From an uncultured delta proteobacterium (GTDB lineage: Bacteria > Desulfobacterota > Binatia > UBA9968): DNA of 64,000 nucleotides. The stretch lies in assembly GCA_963728565.1 (NCBI GenBank), contig CAVSLC010000005.1, positions 192,001-256,000 of the forward strand. The letters are read 5' to 3'. The notes beneath the pieces were generated by a model. It did no database searches. It was not told the DNA's origin and saw only the letters and a program-made list of their open reading frames with translations. A program made the position numbers and the translations under genes. How positions within the stretch are numbered: the first letter of the stretch is position 1; each line of letters starts with the position of its first letter. Positions 63,323 through 64,000 of this stretch are shown piece after piece.

Positions 63323-64000
63323 GTATCTTGCTCGCTGGGGCGGCCGATATTGAGCTCGTGACGAAAGATGTTCCACAGACGCCCATAGGCATCGTCAAAA
63401 CCGTCCTGTCGATGAATCTCAAAAATATTGCGCGGCCTGGCCATGTTGATTTTGATAACATCCTTGATCTTGCCGGGACGATGCGTCATCACGACCACGC
63501 GGTCGGCTAGAGCGACGGCTTCAACCAGGTCATGTGTGACAAAGACAATGGTCTGGCGTTTCTGTTCCCAAATTTTTAACAACTCATCCTGCAGCACCAT
63601 ACGAGTCTGCGCGTCCAATGGACCGAACGGCTCGTCCATCAAGATCACCGCCGGTTCATAAGCAAGCGCGCGTATAATCGAAGCCCGTTTGCCCATGCCG
63701 CCGGATAGCTGCGCGGGGTAGTATTTTTCAAAACCGGAAAGGCCCGCGAGCTTGATAAAATAGCTCACCTGCCGCTCTCTATCAGCCCGCGAGTACTTCT
63801 TGGGACTCAATCCGAAACCGACGTTCTCCTCGACTGTGAGCCAGGGGAAAAGCTTGCTCTCCTGGGGGACGTAGCCGACTCTGGTGTTGAGACCGCGTAC
63901 TTCCTCGCCTTGGAAGAGAATACGGCCCCCGGAGACCGGTGAAAATCCGGCGATCAGCTTGAGCAATGTGGACTTGCCGCAGCCGCTGGGGCCGACGATG
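63319..64000 (-). CDS. NitT/TauT ABC ATPase (5' end outside window)
   Basis: IVGPSGCGKST, LSGGM, MDEPFGPLD, VTHD. Confidence 0.95.
   Translation of the reverse strand, partial: IVGPSGCGKSTLLKLIAGFSPVSGGRILFQGEEVRGLNTRVGYVPQESKLFPWLTVEENVGFGLSPKKYSRADRERQVSYFIKLAGLSGFEKYYPAQLSGGMGKRASIIRALAYEPAVILMDEPFGPLDAQTRMVLQDELLKIWEQKRQTIVFVTHDLVEAVALADRVVVMTHRPGKIKDVIKINMARPRNIFEIHRQDGFDDAYGRLWNIFRHELNIGRPSEQDT

Overview
GC-rich bacterial window. Its gene content (many NitT/TauT-type binding proteins, UbiD, LigAB, DUF1302/DUF1329/MMPL) resembles soil Binatia/deltaproteobacteria-like genomes; this taxonomy is an inference. Isolated single-base frameshifts in otherwise intact genes suggest a long-read assembly. 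Layout: (1) 1-5.6 kb, minus-strand catabolic cluster (enolase-superfamily enzyme, heme-oxygenase-like diiron enzyme, cupin dioxygenase, UbiD, ABC binding protein). (2) A membrane-anchored SET-domain gene. (3) 7.0-32.6 kb, a self-contained regulatory island and the main find. A PAS-GAF-GAF sigma54 activator is divergent from a complete sigma54 promoter (palindromic UAS, IHF site, -24/-12) that drives STAS plus an ECF sigma factor. Six copies of a bipartite motif, GCA(A/T/C)C(C/T/G)-N16-CATC(T/C)AA, each lie just upstream of a transcription unit of a sugar-oxidation/redox/channel gene set. (4) Inside that set, a degenerate inverted-orientation integron (intI remnant, attI/Pc candidate, three attC sites, two toxin-antitoxin cassettes). 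(5) tRNA-Phe, an orphan secreted glycoside-hydrolase-like gene, a LigB-LigA-SDR cluster, nth, Nudix, a DUF1302-DUF1329-YCF48-MMPL-SBP operon, lnt, APC permease, pduO, fabI, rhodanese, an MBL hydrolase, a decayed ligD and a NitT/TauT ABC operon.
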